The notes under the pieces: model-generated
What the model was told of the DNA's origin: nothing
Databases searched by the model: none
What the model saw: the letters and a program-made list of their open reading frames with translations, nothing else
In this document: piece after piece, positions 1 to 11,986 of the stretch
Layout of the letters: every line of letters begins with the position of its first letter
Position numbering within the stretch: the first letter of the stretch is position 1
Assembly (NCBI GenBank): GCA_963727895.1
Contig: CAVSHT010000012.1
Span: forward strand, 32,001 to 96,000
From: an uncultured Methanosarcinaceae archaeon
GTDB taxonomy: Archaea; Halobacteriota; Methanosarcinia; Methanosarcinales; Methanosarcinaceae
DNA: 64,000 nt
Direction of reading: 5' to 3'
Translations under genes and position numbers: made by a program

Positions 1-399
1 ACAGTATGCCTGTTGGAACTGCCTGAGATTGTCCTGAACATTCAAGGCTCAATCTCTAAATTAAGATTAAAATAATACTATATAAAAGATTACTATAGTT
101 ATTTATAATCAGTTTCATTGAACTAAAATTTTAAATCAAAGATATTTGAAAGTTTCAACTCCATACTTTTTAAGGTTTTTTTAGTATTTTCGTTTAAAAT
201 TAAGGCTGAAGCATAAAGTAAAAAGTATAAACAAACATTTTAGTTTTAAGTACTGAAATCTTCTTTTTAAAAGAGAGACCTTAATCAATAATTATGATAT
301 GAACAGGTAAAATAGAATACCCAATATTTCTTGAACAATGCAGGCAGAAAAACGAGAACAGACCTATTCAAAATAACCTTTTAAAAATATTTTTAAAAT

Positions 400-423
400 A
401 TAGCCGGCTTTAAGGCCGGCTAT
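400..423 (-). terminator. GC-rich hairpin downstream of mtbA
   Basis: ATAGCCGGC-tttaag-GCCGGCTAT inverted repeat about 65 bp past the mtbA stop, flanked by T/A runs. Confidence 0.55.
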
Positions 424-488
424 CTGTTTTTTAAAGCGTCACACTTCAGTATCGATACTCTAAGTCCTTAGATTATTAAGCAATATTG

Positions 489-1508
489 TCAGTACTTGTG
501 ACTTTTTGCGCAGCTAATCATTTTCTGAAGGTTAACTGTAGGAGTCATACTGACAATACCACAGCCAACGGTAAGTAATCCAACGCCTGCATCAAGTACC
601 TTCTTTGATACTTCTTCAATACTCTCAGGAGTTCCATTCCAAAGTACGGCTACAGGGTCAAGATTTCCTACAAGAATGGCATTTTTCACATTAGCGCTTC
701 CGGTCTTGATGTCTACTCTCTGGTCTACACTGATCCCGTTTACACCGGTCTTATCCATAATTCCAAGACCGTTAGTTGTGTTTCCACAAATGTGAAGAAC
801 TGTCGCCACATCGAGTTCTTTCATTGCATCGGCAATCTTTTTCTGGTAAGGAAGAGCGTACTTTTCGTAGAATTCTCCGCCTATCAGTTCATAGCTTGCT
901 GTTGGGTCAATTATAGCTATGGTGTCTGCTCCGTTCTCAACCATTGCTTTTGCATATGCTACGTTGAAGTCCGAGCAGAAATCCAGAAGTGCAGGTACAA
1001 CTTCTTCTCCTGTGAATATATTTCCAAACCAGGCGTCTCCGTTGATGTGTTGGGCAAGAGAGAAGGGGCCAATCATGGATCCTATTATGGGGAGTTCTTT
1101 TCCGTATTTTTCGGAAAGGATCTTGACGGCTTCAAGGACTACTGCAATTCTGCCTTCTTTCAGGCTGTAGTTCCTGAATTTGTCCAGGTCTTCCATGCTC
1201 TTAACACTGGGTTTGATCACTGATGGCTGCTGCTTCAGGTCTCCATCCTTAATTCCGCAGCCAAAAAATTCGGCTTCAGCAGTGATGTCAAAAGGAATTC
1301 TTACAGCTTCAAAACCTACTACAGTATGTGCTGCTTCTGCAAGAGTTGCCATTTTCTCTGCGTCGGCATGGGCATCTGGCCAGTAGGCTCCACAAGCTTC
1401 CATCTGTTCTACAGTTGCAGTCTGAGTGAAACAGACAGCTGGCATCCTGTCCACCTGCTGTTTCCTTAATGCACGATACAATCTTTCTTTTGGGGTATAT
1501 TCTGCCAT
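489..1508 (-). CDS. mtbA: Methylcobamide:CoM methyltransferase, methylamine-specific
   Basis: 339 aa URO-D-like protein with Zn motif HICG...GCG; N-terminus [17 protein letters not shown] resembles MtbA; next to ramA/pyl. Confidence 0.92.
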   Translation of the reverse strand: MAEYTPKERLYRALRKQQVDRMPAVCFTQTATVEQMEACGAYWPDAHADAEKMATLAEAAHTVVGFEAVRIPFDITAEAEFFGCGIKDGDLKQQPSVIKPSVKSMEDLDKFRNYSLKEGRIAVVLEAVKILSEKYGKELPIIGSMIGPFSLAQHINGDAWFGNIFTGEEVVPALLDFCSDFNVAYAKAMVENGADTIAIIDPTASYELIGGEFYEKYALPYQKKIADAMKELDVATVLHICGNTTNGLGIMDKTGVNGISVDQRVDIKTGSANVKNAILVGNLDPVAVLWNGTPESIEEVSKKVLDAGVGLLTVGCGIVSMTPTVNLQKMISCAKSHKY

Positions 1509-2459
1509 TTATAATCCCTCTCTTATTTTTATAGGTGCATAAGATTATGAAAAATACATAATATTAAAAAATATGTATTTTATCCTTTTATTAAAAATTA
1601 TGTTATAAAAACTTATCAATTGAACCGTCGGAATTGGCTGAAAAATTCTCTAAAACAAGTAAATTTGTTTTATTAAACTCCAGCGGAAATAATATATTAA
1701 ATCTTCTGTAACTTGCTTCTTTAATCAAATTTTATATCCATTAACATACTTCGAGTTTTAATAACTGGAATGAATACAGGGAAATTTACACTCATTTTCG
1801 GGGAACCACGTAATGGTTCTATCAATAGAATTTAAAAAATTATCGTATATCTTGTAAAAATAGGTTGAAAATCAGAAAAACATTCAATTTTAAGTATTTC
1901 TCTTTTATTTGTTTGATCTTTACTTAAAATCAACATATTTTTATTATAATGGGTAAATGGGAAACAAAATAAAAATTTGCTGATATTTCTTGTCCTAATG
2001 AAGCTTGTAAACTATATGGGTTTTCTGGAATATAATCATCATAGGTAATGGCACTTATCAAATCAAGAACAAGAACATTCAAAAATAGATCTGCCGTGAA
2101 TGCGGCAGAGTTAACAATGATCTTCTGTGCAATAACTATTTTTATCCTGAGCATTACTACGCGCAATTAAAAACAAAAGACCGAGTAAAACAAAGACTAT
2201 CACCACGGCGCAGAAAAAGTACAAAAAAGCCATATCTGGAGGTATTTTAGCTCCATAATCCATAGTTGCCAGACCCATATATATCTATATGGCAAACAAA
2301 GATAATAAGATTTGCAGAAATCCTCTGACTAACGAATTATCAATAGCTTTAATCTGGACTATCTGATTATTATCCGCTCGAATACCATCAGGCAAGGCAG
2401 CCTCTTGAGCAGTTTTGTGAGATACCGGATTCTATAAGAAGAGTTTTTGGAAAAACTCT

Positions 2460-2963
2460 TTATTTTTCCTTGTTTTGTTCAATATATCGATCTTTAGATT
2501 CCTTAAGTATACTAATTGCTGTGTCAAGATCTTTCCAGCCAATAACTTTTACTCTTTTGTTTTCTAGACTTTTGTAATTTTGGAAAAAATGAGTGATTTC
2601 TTTGAATAGATGCGGTGGAAGCTGATCGACTGTCTCAATATAATTCCACATAGGATCGTTCTTTGGAACACAGAGAATTTTTTGATCTCTTCCTTTATCG
2701 TCCTCCATGTCAAACAATGCTATAAGATATACATCTATCATACAACCTGGAAAGGTAGGTTCCCAGGTTAAGACCATGGCATCTAAAGGGTCACCATCAA
2801 GTGCCAGGGTTTCGGGGAAAAAACCATAATCAGAGGGGTATACCATTGAAGAAGAAAGCATTCTGTCGTACTTAATCACTTTCTTTTCTTTATCATACTC
2901 GAATTTGTTTCGGTTTCCTTTTGGAATCTCAATAAGTACACTTTCAACCTGTCTTTCAGTCAT
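2460..2963 (-). CDS. ppa: Family I soluble inorganic pyrophosphatase
   Basis: EIPKG..NKFEYD, YPSDYGF, DGDPLD and DQKILCVP motifs. Confidence 0.95.
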   Translation of the reverse strand: MTERQVESVLIEIPKGNRNKFEYDKEKKVIKYDRMLSSSMVYPSDYGFFPETLALDGDPLDAMVLTWEPTFPGCMIDVYLIALFDMEDDKGRDQKILCVPKNDPMWNYIETVDQLPPHLFKEITHFFQNYKSLENKRVKVIGWKDLDTAISILKESKDRYIEQNKEK

Positions 2964-2977
2964 ATCAATACTTCCTA

Positions 2978-3238
2978 TTATTTCTTGTTTTCAACTACAT
3001 TATAACAACCACACCAATGAAATAAAAAAGGCATGATTCTGATACGAAAAAGTTCCTTTAATTGTTTCCACATTAGCTTTTTATCGATATTTACCTCTGT
3101 ACGAAAAGTCAAAATGATTTTCCCAAAAGTGGCAATAATTAACTCAATAATGGCAACTGATAAGCCTAGCTTTTGCGGGACAATGCTTGTTAATAATATC
3201 AAAGAATCTTTAATAAGTAGAATAGCATCCGCTTGCAT
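2978..3238 (-). pseudogene. Truncated, internally deleted cation:proton antiporter N-terminus
   Basis: Only 86 aa; KLGLSVAIIELI...FGKIILTF..TEVNID resembles the first helices of CPA antiporters; GAGGT SD; directly follows the riboswitch. Confidence 0.6.
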
Positions 3239-3255
3239 GAACTACCTCTATATGT

Positions 3256-3306
3256 GGTAGGAGTCATTAGCTGTACAAGCGGTTCAAGGCAGACTCCATT
3301 GCCTAT
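3256..3306 (-). promoter_or_regulatory. Fluoride (crcB) riboswitch
   Basis: Minus strand reads GGCAATGGAGTCTGCC-TTGAACC-GCTTGTACAGC-TAATGACTCCTAC: P1 GGCA/TGCC, pseudoknot GGAGT/ACTCC, conserved GCTAATGAC; TATA-like TATATAT near 3327-3334. Confidence 0.92.
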
Positions 3307-3481
3307 TCAATATCATTTATTACTGCATATATACTTAAAATTTGTTATATAAATACATTAAATAATAAAAGTAAAATATATATTGTCAATTAACTTATCA
3401 ATTTTATAAATTCTCTTAAACTTCATAGTGCATATATGAGAGCTGTTAATAGTGAGTTGTTAATATCTGATAGCTACTTAT

Positions 3482-4220
3482 GGCTTTGATAATTAACTAT
3501 AGTTATATACTATTAGAAAGTATATTTCTTCATGGACTGCCCCAGATGCAATAGTTCTAATCACAAAAAGAATGGTATAGTTGGCGGGCGTCAACGGTAC
3601 AAATGCTCTGATTGTGGCTATAACTATACAGTAGAGTTAAAATCAACTGCTTTTTCTGCTTCTGTAAAAAGACAGGCTTTACAACTCTATCTTGAAGGAT
3701 TGGGCTTTCGCTCAATAGGACGATTTTTAGGGGTAAGTCATGTTTCTGTCCAAAAATGGATAAAGAAATTTGGTCAAGAGTGAGAGAACCTAAAAAGTGA
3801 AAGTGAGATATCTATTGTTGAAATGGATGAGATGCACACTTACATCGGTAACAAAAAAATATTGCTGGATCTGGATTGCTGTTGATATAGCTGGGAAAAA
3901 GTTCATCAACTGCTCTTTTGGTAACAGAGGAACAGAAACTGGAAAACTACTCTGGGAAAAATTGAAGAAAAAAGAGATTGGAGAAGTGATGACAGATCAC
4001 TGGAGGGCATATGCAGAGTTTCTTCCAGAAAAGAGTCATACTCAATCCAAAGCAGAAACATTTACAGTTGAGGGATATAACAGCATATTGAGGCATTTTC
4101 TAGCAAGATTGAGACGAAAGACAAAGTGTTATAAAAAAGTCTTGAAATGCTAAAGTACTCGGTTATTATATTGATGAAATACAGAAATAAAGAGCTAGAC
4201 TATGTTTAGTTAACAATGCC
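3482..4220 (+). mobile_element. IS1-family element copy 1 (defective)
   Basis: InsA zinc ribbon CPRC..CSDC (3532-3783) plus InsB DDE fragment; GG..CC ends; 8-bp target duplication CTACTTAT at 3474-3481 and 4221-4228; internal TGA. Confidence 0.95.
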
Positions 4221-4430
4221 CTACTTATTAATACTTCTAGCCAGCTACTAGTAATATTTTATAATTCATAAATTTTAAAATTATTATATTCTCTTTCCTA
4301 TTACTGTCGAATTAGAAATATACTAAAATATAATGTCATACTTAAGCACAATTCATATCCCACCCTTTTATGTGGTAGTCTCTACTGCCGGACACCTCAA
4401 AACATTATATGTTCTTGGAGGACCTGAAAA

Positions 4431-6058
4431 ATGTATGGAATAGCACTTGATCTGGGTACCAGCGGTTTTAGAGCCCAGCTTATCGATCTTAACACGAAAG
4501 AAACCTTAAAGACAGTCATAACAATGGGTCATCCCCTTCCTGGGGGAAATGTTATGGACCACCTGGATTTTGCAATCACAACAGGTGAGGATGTGGCTCA
4601 TGCGGTAATTATCGAAACCATCAGGAGGATGTTCCTGCGGTTCGATGTTGACCTTTCCAAAGTGGAACGGCTGGCAGTCTGTGGAAACCCTATTCAGCTT
4701 TCCCTTTTCCAGAATATCGAAATAAGGGATCTGGCTTATGCAGGAGAAAACAAGCAAAAGAAGCTTGGAGTCCAGAATGTAAAAAGAGATGCCCGTGTAT
4801 TTCCTGCTTCCGAGATTTTCGGGGAAAAAGACTTACCAAACTGTGAAGTTATTGTGCCCTCCTGCAATCAAACACGAGATTGGAGCTGACGCTCTGGCTA
4901 TGATGCTTGAAACTGATTTCCTTATCCAGTCCGAACCTTCACTTGTCACGGATTACGGGACAAATGCCGAAATGGCTCTTAAAGTCGGGGATAGGATTAT
5001 CACCGCAAGCGCGGCTGCAGGACCTGCAATTGAAGGACAGGGTATAAGCTCAGGCATGCTCGCAAGCCCGGGTGCGATCTGTGACGTAAAACCTGAAGGA
5101 CAGTACTGGAGAATTATGGTTCTTGACAGGGAAATGGAAAAACAGAATGCTTACCTTATCCATCCGGTTACAGGGGAGATAAAGAGAGTCCTACGGGTAC
5201 GAGGCAGTTGGAATCACCGGCACAGGAGTTATCTCGGCCTTTGCTCTTGCACTCAAAAGCGGGCTGATTGAAAAATCTCCTAAACTTCCGAACGGAAAGC
5301 TGATCCTGGGCCCTGGAATTGAGATCACTGAGAAAGGATGTGGAAGAAGCCGGAAAAGCTATCGGGGCAATCCGGGCTGCTCATATGACTCTGATCGTTG
5401 AATCCGGGATTAAGTACGAAGATCTGGAGTACGCATATATGTCAGGAGCCTCCGGAGCCTATGTGGACGCTGAAGATTCCCGCAGGCTCGGAGCCGCACC
5501 GGGTTATGCAAAAAAAATTGTCCAGTTCGGAAATACCTCGCTTGCGCTTGCTCGGGAACTTGTGCTTGATAAATCCAGGCTGGATGACGTAGTAACGATT
5601 GCAAAGAAAATTACTGCCGACCACCTGATGATGGCAACCAGCGATGACTTTCAACAATTTCTACCTCTGCGAACTTTCCTACTGGACCCAGGGCATGCCT
5701 CTTGAGATGTACGACCAGATGCTTGAACTCTATGGCCTGCCTCCTCCTCCCCAAAACTCTTGAACACGTAAGCATCGAAAAACGAGTCAGCAAAGACATA
5801 GAACAGGTAGGACCAGGTGGGCTTGCCATTCTCAAAGAAATAGGCATAATTCTGGAAGTCCCAGTGGAAAAGTGTATCTACTGCAAAAAATGCGTAAAAG
5901 AATGTCCTGAGTCTGCTCTTGAAATCGTAGAAATAGACGGCAAACGAATCGCAAAATACGACAGCCAGAAATGTCTCGGCACAAGCTGTCACCGCTGTGT
6001 TTCTATCTGCCCTGAAAGTGCCATCGATATAACAAAACTGAAAATTACAGCAAAATAA
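4431..6058 (+). CDS. ramA: Methylamine methyltransferase corrinoid reductive activase (about five +1 frameshifts, probably assembly errors)
   Basis: MYGIALDLGTSG ASKHA-type N-terminus, DYGTNAE, AAAGPAIEG, C-terminal 2x[4Fe-4S] motifs (CIYCKKC..CP); fragments join across single-base insertions near 4858, 5185, 5333, 5650 and 5750. Confidence 0.88.
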
Positions 6059-6440
6059 TTTTATGGTGGATTAAACTTCCACTCATTTTTTTAAGTTTCG
6101 TTTTTCTTAATTCACGGAGTTCATCTCTAACTTAGCTAATATTTTTCTAACTTTTAAAATTGATTTAATTCTCTCGAAGAAATTAAGATTAAAAACAAGA
6201 TCAAAGTATAATTTTAAAAATCAATACAAGTTTAATTACATAATAAATTTCTATGTATAAAGAGAATTAAAGTCCTGAAACTGGAAAAGTAGGTTTATTT
6301 CTGGAAACATCTTCGCATAGTTTGCCGGGGCAAAGTGGGAGCTCTATAAACGATATAAAATTTAATATCTCAGATTAATGTAAAAAATAAATCAAATCAG
6401 AGTTCAAAAGTTTTCAAAAAGGGTTTTCAGAACTCAAGTT

Positions 6441-7220
6441 TTAGAGTACAGAATACAGCATTGACGCTGTTCCTATTCCCAGGGGTTCAGCTATAAGTTG
6501 CACATCATATTTTTTTCGCAGATCTTCAGAAATTGCGTAAGGAATTCCAGGGGTGGAAAGTACACAATTCTCCGAAAGTACAGCTTCAGGAATCGTATTT
6601 GCACATGGGGTTGCCTCGAAAATGGTGGAAAACTTTTTTGGAATTGCAGGGTCGAAAGGAATCATTTCAAGCTTTGAGGTAGTCTTCTTCAGAAGTTTTT
6701 CATCGGCATCATATCCATAAACCTTGAAACTTTTGTTCACAAGATGGGCTGCTCCGGGAAAACCTACCTTTCCGAGTCCAATAACAAGTACATCCTTTGA
6801 TTCGGCTATCAGGTTCCTGGAAGCAATCTCAGCATAGATTATACCTGTGCATGGCTGATTGTTGGCGATTTTTCCGTTTTTGATGTTATGTGCAAGAAAG
6901 GTGTGGTCATCAGCCATAAGGATAATTTCGGCTTCATTCTGTACAGCTTCGTAATAGCCGCTAACATCCGGCGTATCTGTAATAAAGCTGTCAAATCCAA
7001 AATACTGTGTAATTGCATTCAGAGATGCCGAAAAATTACCTATTATCCCGTTTCCTGAAGTTATAGGCACTATACCTACTTTTTCAAAACACGACAAGGT
7101 ACCGTAGAGATTTTCGCAGATTTGTTTTATATCAGATCCTGTTGCTTTCTTTACAGCAGAATCAGCTTTTTGAAGCTGTTTATTTATATTTGCCAAATCA
7201 TCGGGGGTTAAGAGTGCCAT
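6441..7220 (-). CDS. pylD: Pyrrolysine synthase (3-methylornithyl-N6-lysine dehydrogenase)
   Basis: 259 aa; MALLTPDDL start, MADD motif, Rossmann GLGKVG; last gene of the pyl operon. Confidence 0.96.
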   Translation of the reverse strand: MALLTPDDLANINKQLQKADSAVKKATGSDIKQICENLYGTLSCFEKVGIVPITSGNGIIGNFSASLNAITQYFGFDSFITDTPDVSGYYEAVQNEAEIILMADDHTFLAHNIKNGKIANNQPCTGIIYAEIASRNLIAESKDVLVIGLGKVGFPGAAHLVNKSFKVYGYDADEKLLKKTTSKLEMIPFDPAIPKKFSTIFEATPCANTIPEAVLSENCVLSTPGIPYAISEDLRKKYDVQLIAEPLGIGTASMLYSVL

Positions 7221-7299
7221 TTTATTCCTATTTCCTGTTTTTAGAAATTTTTAGTTTTTTAACCTTTTTTAATTCGTTTTCCAGCGCCTCTATTCATTC

Positions 7300-7656
7300 T
7301 TAAGACACAACTCCTAAACGATTTTTCAGAATCGAGATCCCTTTACATTTTTTTTCCTCGGCTTCTTCCTTATCTTTGCCCCAGAAAATCAGGGTAAATA
7401 CCTGTTTTTCTCCTTTGCGAAGCAATATCTCAATGCCAGGTTCTTCATAGAATTTTTCGTAGTCATCATCCTTGGAAAAAGCCAGGTTTCCCACAGGAAC
7501 AAGACCTCCATTTTTTTCGAGTATTAGGTGTTCGTAAATACAGTATTTTTCGCAGATTCCTTCTATATCAAGCCCTTTTACTTTTTCAACGGGAGAATAA
7601 GATTTTTGAAGCTGCTCATTTATATTTGCCAAATCATCTGGAGTTGAGGGTGTCAT
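7300..7656 (-). CDS. Chimeric PylD(1-36)-PylC(C-terminal 82 aa) ORF from a tandem duplication
   Basis: By-eye alignment: 23/36 identities to the PylD N-terminus and 57/82 to the PylC C-terminus; GGAG SD; upstream spacer homologous to the pylD upstream spacer. Confidence 0.85.
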   Translation of the reverse strand: MTPSTPDDLANINEQLQKSYSPVEKVKGLDIEGICEKYCIYEHLILEKNGGLVPVGNLAFSKDDDYEKFYEEPGIEILLRKGEKQVFTLIFWGKDKEEAEEKKCKGISILKNRLGVVS

Positions 7657-7729
7657 ATTATCTCCATTTTCTGCTTTTGGGCATTTTTAATTTCTTTAAT
7701 CTTTTTTAATTCGCTTTTCAGGCTTTATT

Positions 7730-8827
7730 TCATCCTTCATATAGCGCTTCGAAACGATTTTTCAGAATTGAAATTCCTTTGCTTTTATTTTTCTCGGCTT
7801 CTTCTTTATCCTTGCCCCAGAAAATCAAGGTAAATACCGGATTTTCTCCTTTGCAAAGAAAAATCTCAGTGCCGGGCTCTTCATAGAATTTCCCATAATC
7901 GTTTCCCATAGAAAGTACCTGTTCTCCTACGGGAACAAGAATTCCGTTTTCTCCGAGCATTAAGTGTTCATAAATACAATATTTATTTTCAGGAAGAGCA
8001 CTTATTTCCTCAATACCATCAGTAAAAGCGCGGAAAAGGAGTTCTATCAGGTTAATCCCTGATGAATAATAAACGGTTGTTGGGGTCTGGCTTGGAAAAC
8101 GAGCATCGATTTCGATTACTCTAAGCCCTTTTGGGCCGGATATTGCTTCTACATCCATAATTCCTTTCAAGGATAAATTTGCTGCAAGAGTATAGGATAT
8201 CTGCCTGAAGTGAGGTTCAGAAGGAAGAGGGGTAACCGTGTGGCAGTCATAGGTTTCGTCTATATGGATCAGTGTTTCTTTTACCACAGCAAAATGGTTT
8301 CCATCTCCTATAACTTCGAGAGATACCACTTCTCCTTCTACATATTCCTCGACCATCATTCCAGGTTCAAGGTCTCCAAGTTCCTTGTCATCATAGATTA
8401 TTCTGGCTCCAATACTGCTGCTTTCACAGGGAGGTTTTACAAAATAAGGTGGTTCTGAAGGTTTGTCCTGAGGAGTAGGAACTCCTATGGACTTAAAATA
8501 ATCTTTTGAACGTTTTTTGTCCCTGCTTATCCAGTAAGCTTCAAAATCAAAGAGTACCGGGCAGAAGAACTTTTCTTTTATTGAACTTAGAAATTCGATG
8601 CAGACCAGGTTTTCGTTCACAGGAAGTAACGCATCTACGCTTTTTGAGAGTTCAAGAAGTTTTTCAGGTTCTTTTATCACATCAAAACAATGAAATTCAT
8701 CCACATAATTCCGGATAAGGGCTTGCGGATTTTTATCTACCAGAACTACTCTCATTCCTGCTTTTTTAGACAGATATGCAGCTTCGAAGCCCTGGAGTTT
8801 CCCGCCTACAAGACAGATCGTCTTCAA
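7730..8827 (-). CDS. pylC: 3-methylornithine--L-lysine ligase (ATP-grasp)
   Basis: TTG start at 8827 (MKTICLVGGKLQG) after GGGGTG SD; ATP-grasp motifs VKPPCESSS and EIDARFPSQTP. Confidence 0.95.
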   Translation of the reverse strand: MKTICLVGGKLQGFEAAYLSKKAGMRVVLVDKNPQALIRNYVDEFHCFDVIKEPEKLLELSKSVDALLPVNENLVCIEFLSSIKEKFFCPVLFDFEAYWISRDKKRSKDYFKSIGVPTPQDKPSEPPYFVKPPCESSSIGARIIYDDKELGDLEPGMMVEEYVEGEVVSLEVIGDGNHFAVVKETLIHIDETYDCHTVTPLPSEPHFRQISYTLAANLSLKGIMDVEAISGPKGLRVIEIDARFPSQTPTTVYYSSGINLIELLFRAFTDGIEEISALPENKYCIYEHLMLGENGILVPVGEQVLSMGNDYGKFYEEPGTEIFLCKGENPVFTLIFWGKDKEEAEKNKSKGISILKNRFEALYEG

Positions 8828-8828
8828 G

Positions 8829-9880
8829 CTAGCACCCCAAAACTGCCTCAAAGTCAGCCTGCCTGGCAGGCTCCATACCCATAGTCTCAAGCCTTTGGAT
8901 CACACTTTTTATATCCCTGTCTCGTTCTTCAAGGTCGCGGTCATAGTTTGCAACACCTTCCAGTTGAGAATCGGGGGAAGAATCGAAGTAACAATATTTG
9001 CCCCTGCATTTAGGCGATGAACCATTCCATCAATGCCTTCAAGGTCAAGGGATGCAGGTATAAGGCGTTTAGGGAACATTAACCTGAGAACCGAGATAAT
9101 TTTCAGTTCCGAGAGATTTGATTTCTCTCTGAAATTCTCAAGAGGGGTTCCTTCCTGGGGTAAAAAGGTCATAACTCTGACCATATCTGGGTCATTTGAT
9201 TTCATACCTCTCAAGGACAGAATGGTAGACTCGATATCGTTTCCAACACCTGTAAGAATCCCATCTTCTACACAATATCCCTGTTTTTTAGCAAAAAGGC
9301 GTGCATTGACACGTCCATCGAATGACTGTCCAACTCTTAGTTTCCTGTAGAGGTCAGTGTCATAAGTTTCTTGATAAAGAGCCAGGAAATTTGCTCCTTT
9401 TTCTTTAGCTTTAATAAGAGTAGCATTATCCATTACGCCTGGAGAAATCATTATGGGAAGCCCAAGTTCTTCTTTTACTATCTGGACAAGTTCAACGAAC
9501 CTGTTTGGATCTTCATAATAATAGGGATCTTCTCCCATGGTCAGATCAACCATATGAAAACCTGCTCCTTTCAAGGTTTTGCAGGTTTCTTTTATTTCTT
9601 CTGTGGTTAGACGATAGCGATTGATTTCGTTTCCACAGTTATAATAACAAAAAGAACATTGATTTTTACAGTAAGTGGAGAAATAGATGAAACAATTGAG
9701 AAATACTCTGTTTCCAAAATAGTGATCTCTTACTTTTCGCGCTGCAGAGTAAAGTTTTTTCAGATATTCTTCGGATTCAAGGGAGAGAAGCATCCTCAGG
9801 TCGTCGTCAGATAGTTGATAACCTTGAATTATTCTTTCCCCTAACATGTCAAACTCTTCAAGTGCCATTTTTTGAACCAA
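8829..9880 (-). CDS. pylB: Radical SAM methylornithine synthase (one frameshift at G-run 8973-8977; ends at TAG)
   Basis: CKNQCSFC motif; restoring one base gives ...PPDSQLEGVANYDR...QADFEAVLGC then TAG at 8831-8829. Confidence 0.93.
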
Positions 9881-10188
9881 AATTTCACCCTCTCATATGT
9901 TTTTCTAAACTTTACGGCTCAATTGGGGCCGAATTGCCATTTTAATCATTTTTTTAGCTTATTTTGCCATATTGAATTTTATCATCCCGTTTTTTCTATT
10001 TAATTTTCCAATTTTATTTTGCCATTTAGTTTTTCTATTTAATTTTGTCATTATATATTTTTTTGAACGATTGCCTTTCGATTTTACCATTTATATTGCC
10101 ATTTTCTCTTTTGCCATTCAATTATAATGTTCTAATTCTCTTTTATCCGTTTTTAGCTGCTCCAGATTCTTTAAACAAATTTTTTAGC

Positions 10189-11521
<1,333 letters not shown>

Positions 11522-11697
11522 CTACTTACTGAATATAAGCACGGAATCAACAGTTTGCTGACCACTACCCGGAAAATAAAAGTGATCCCATACAGTAGAA
11601 CCAATTTATAAGTTCTGAAAGGTTCTATAATTATTCTGAAAAAAATTTCCAGATTAATAATTGGGGTATTGTGTTGCCATTCCGGGATTCAGAAATA

Positions 11698-11769
11698 TGG
11701 CGGAAACCCCGGGAATCTAACCCGGCTGAACGGATTTAGAGTCCATTCGATCTACATGATCAGGTTCCC
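11698..11769 (-). tRNA. pylT: tRNA-Pyl (anticodon CUA), CCA encoded
   Basis: 72 nt GGGAACCTGATCATGTAGATCGAATGGACTCTAAATCCGTTCAGCCGGGTTAGATTCCCGGGGTTTCCGCCA upstream of pylS. Confidence 0.98.
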
Positions 11770-11908
11770 TCCTAGATAAAATAGATTTAACAAAGCGTTT
11801 TGCTTCCTGTATGGTGATCTTATATTTCATTATAAAATAATAGTGTTTAGTATATATCTTTATTGGTAAAAATCCCTACAAAAAGTTGAACTCTTACTTA
11901 TATTTTTT

Positions 11909-11940
11909 GCAAGCCTTTTTAAAAAAGGCTTGAGCGAAAA
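11909..11940. repeat. Palindromic intergenic repeat, family A
   Basis: GCAAGCCTTTTT/AAAAAAGGCTTGAGCGAAAA; the same motif occurs twice, in opposite orientation, at 19888-19987. Confidence 0.75.
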
Positions 11941-11986
11941 ACTCCTCAAGAATAGCATGATATCATGGCGCAATTCAACCCTTTTT

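Noticed and set aside
1930..2400. crcB/fluc exporter downstream of ppa
   Set aside because: Only short, broken hydrophobic frames are present, with no GFxGxxTTFS motif. They cannot be assigned.
3778..3783. In-frame TGA of the IS1 copies as a recoded (Sec or Pyl) codon
   Set aside because: Pyl uses UAG, Methanosarcina is not known to use Sec, and copy 3 has Leu (TTA) at this position.
8828..8890. Extended PylC N-terminus (MRLWVWSLPG...) in the ORF track
   Set aside because: It overlaps the true pylB 3' end; PylC starts at TTG 8827.
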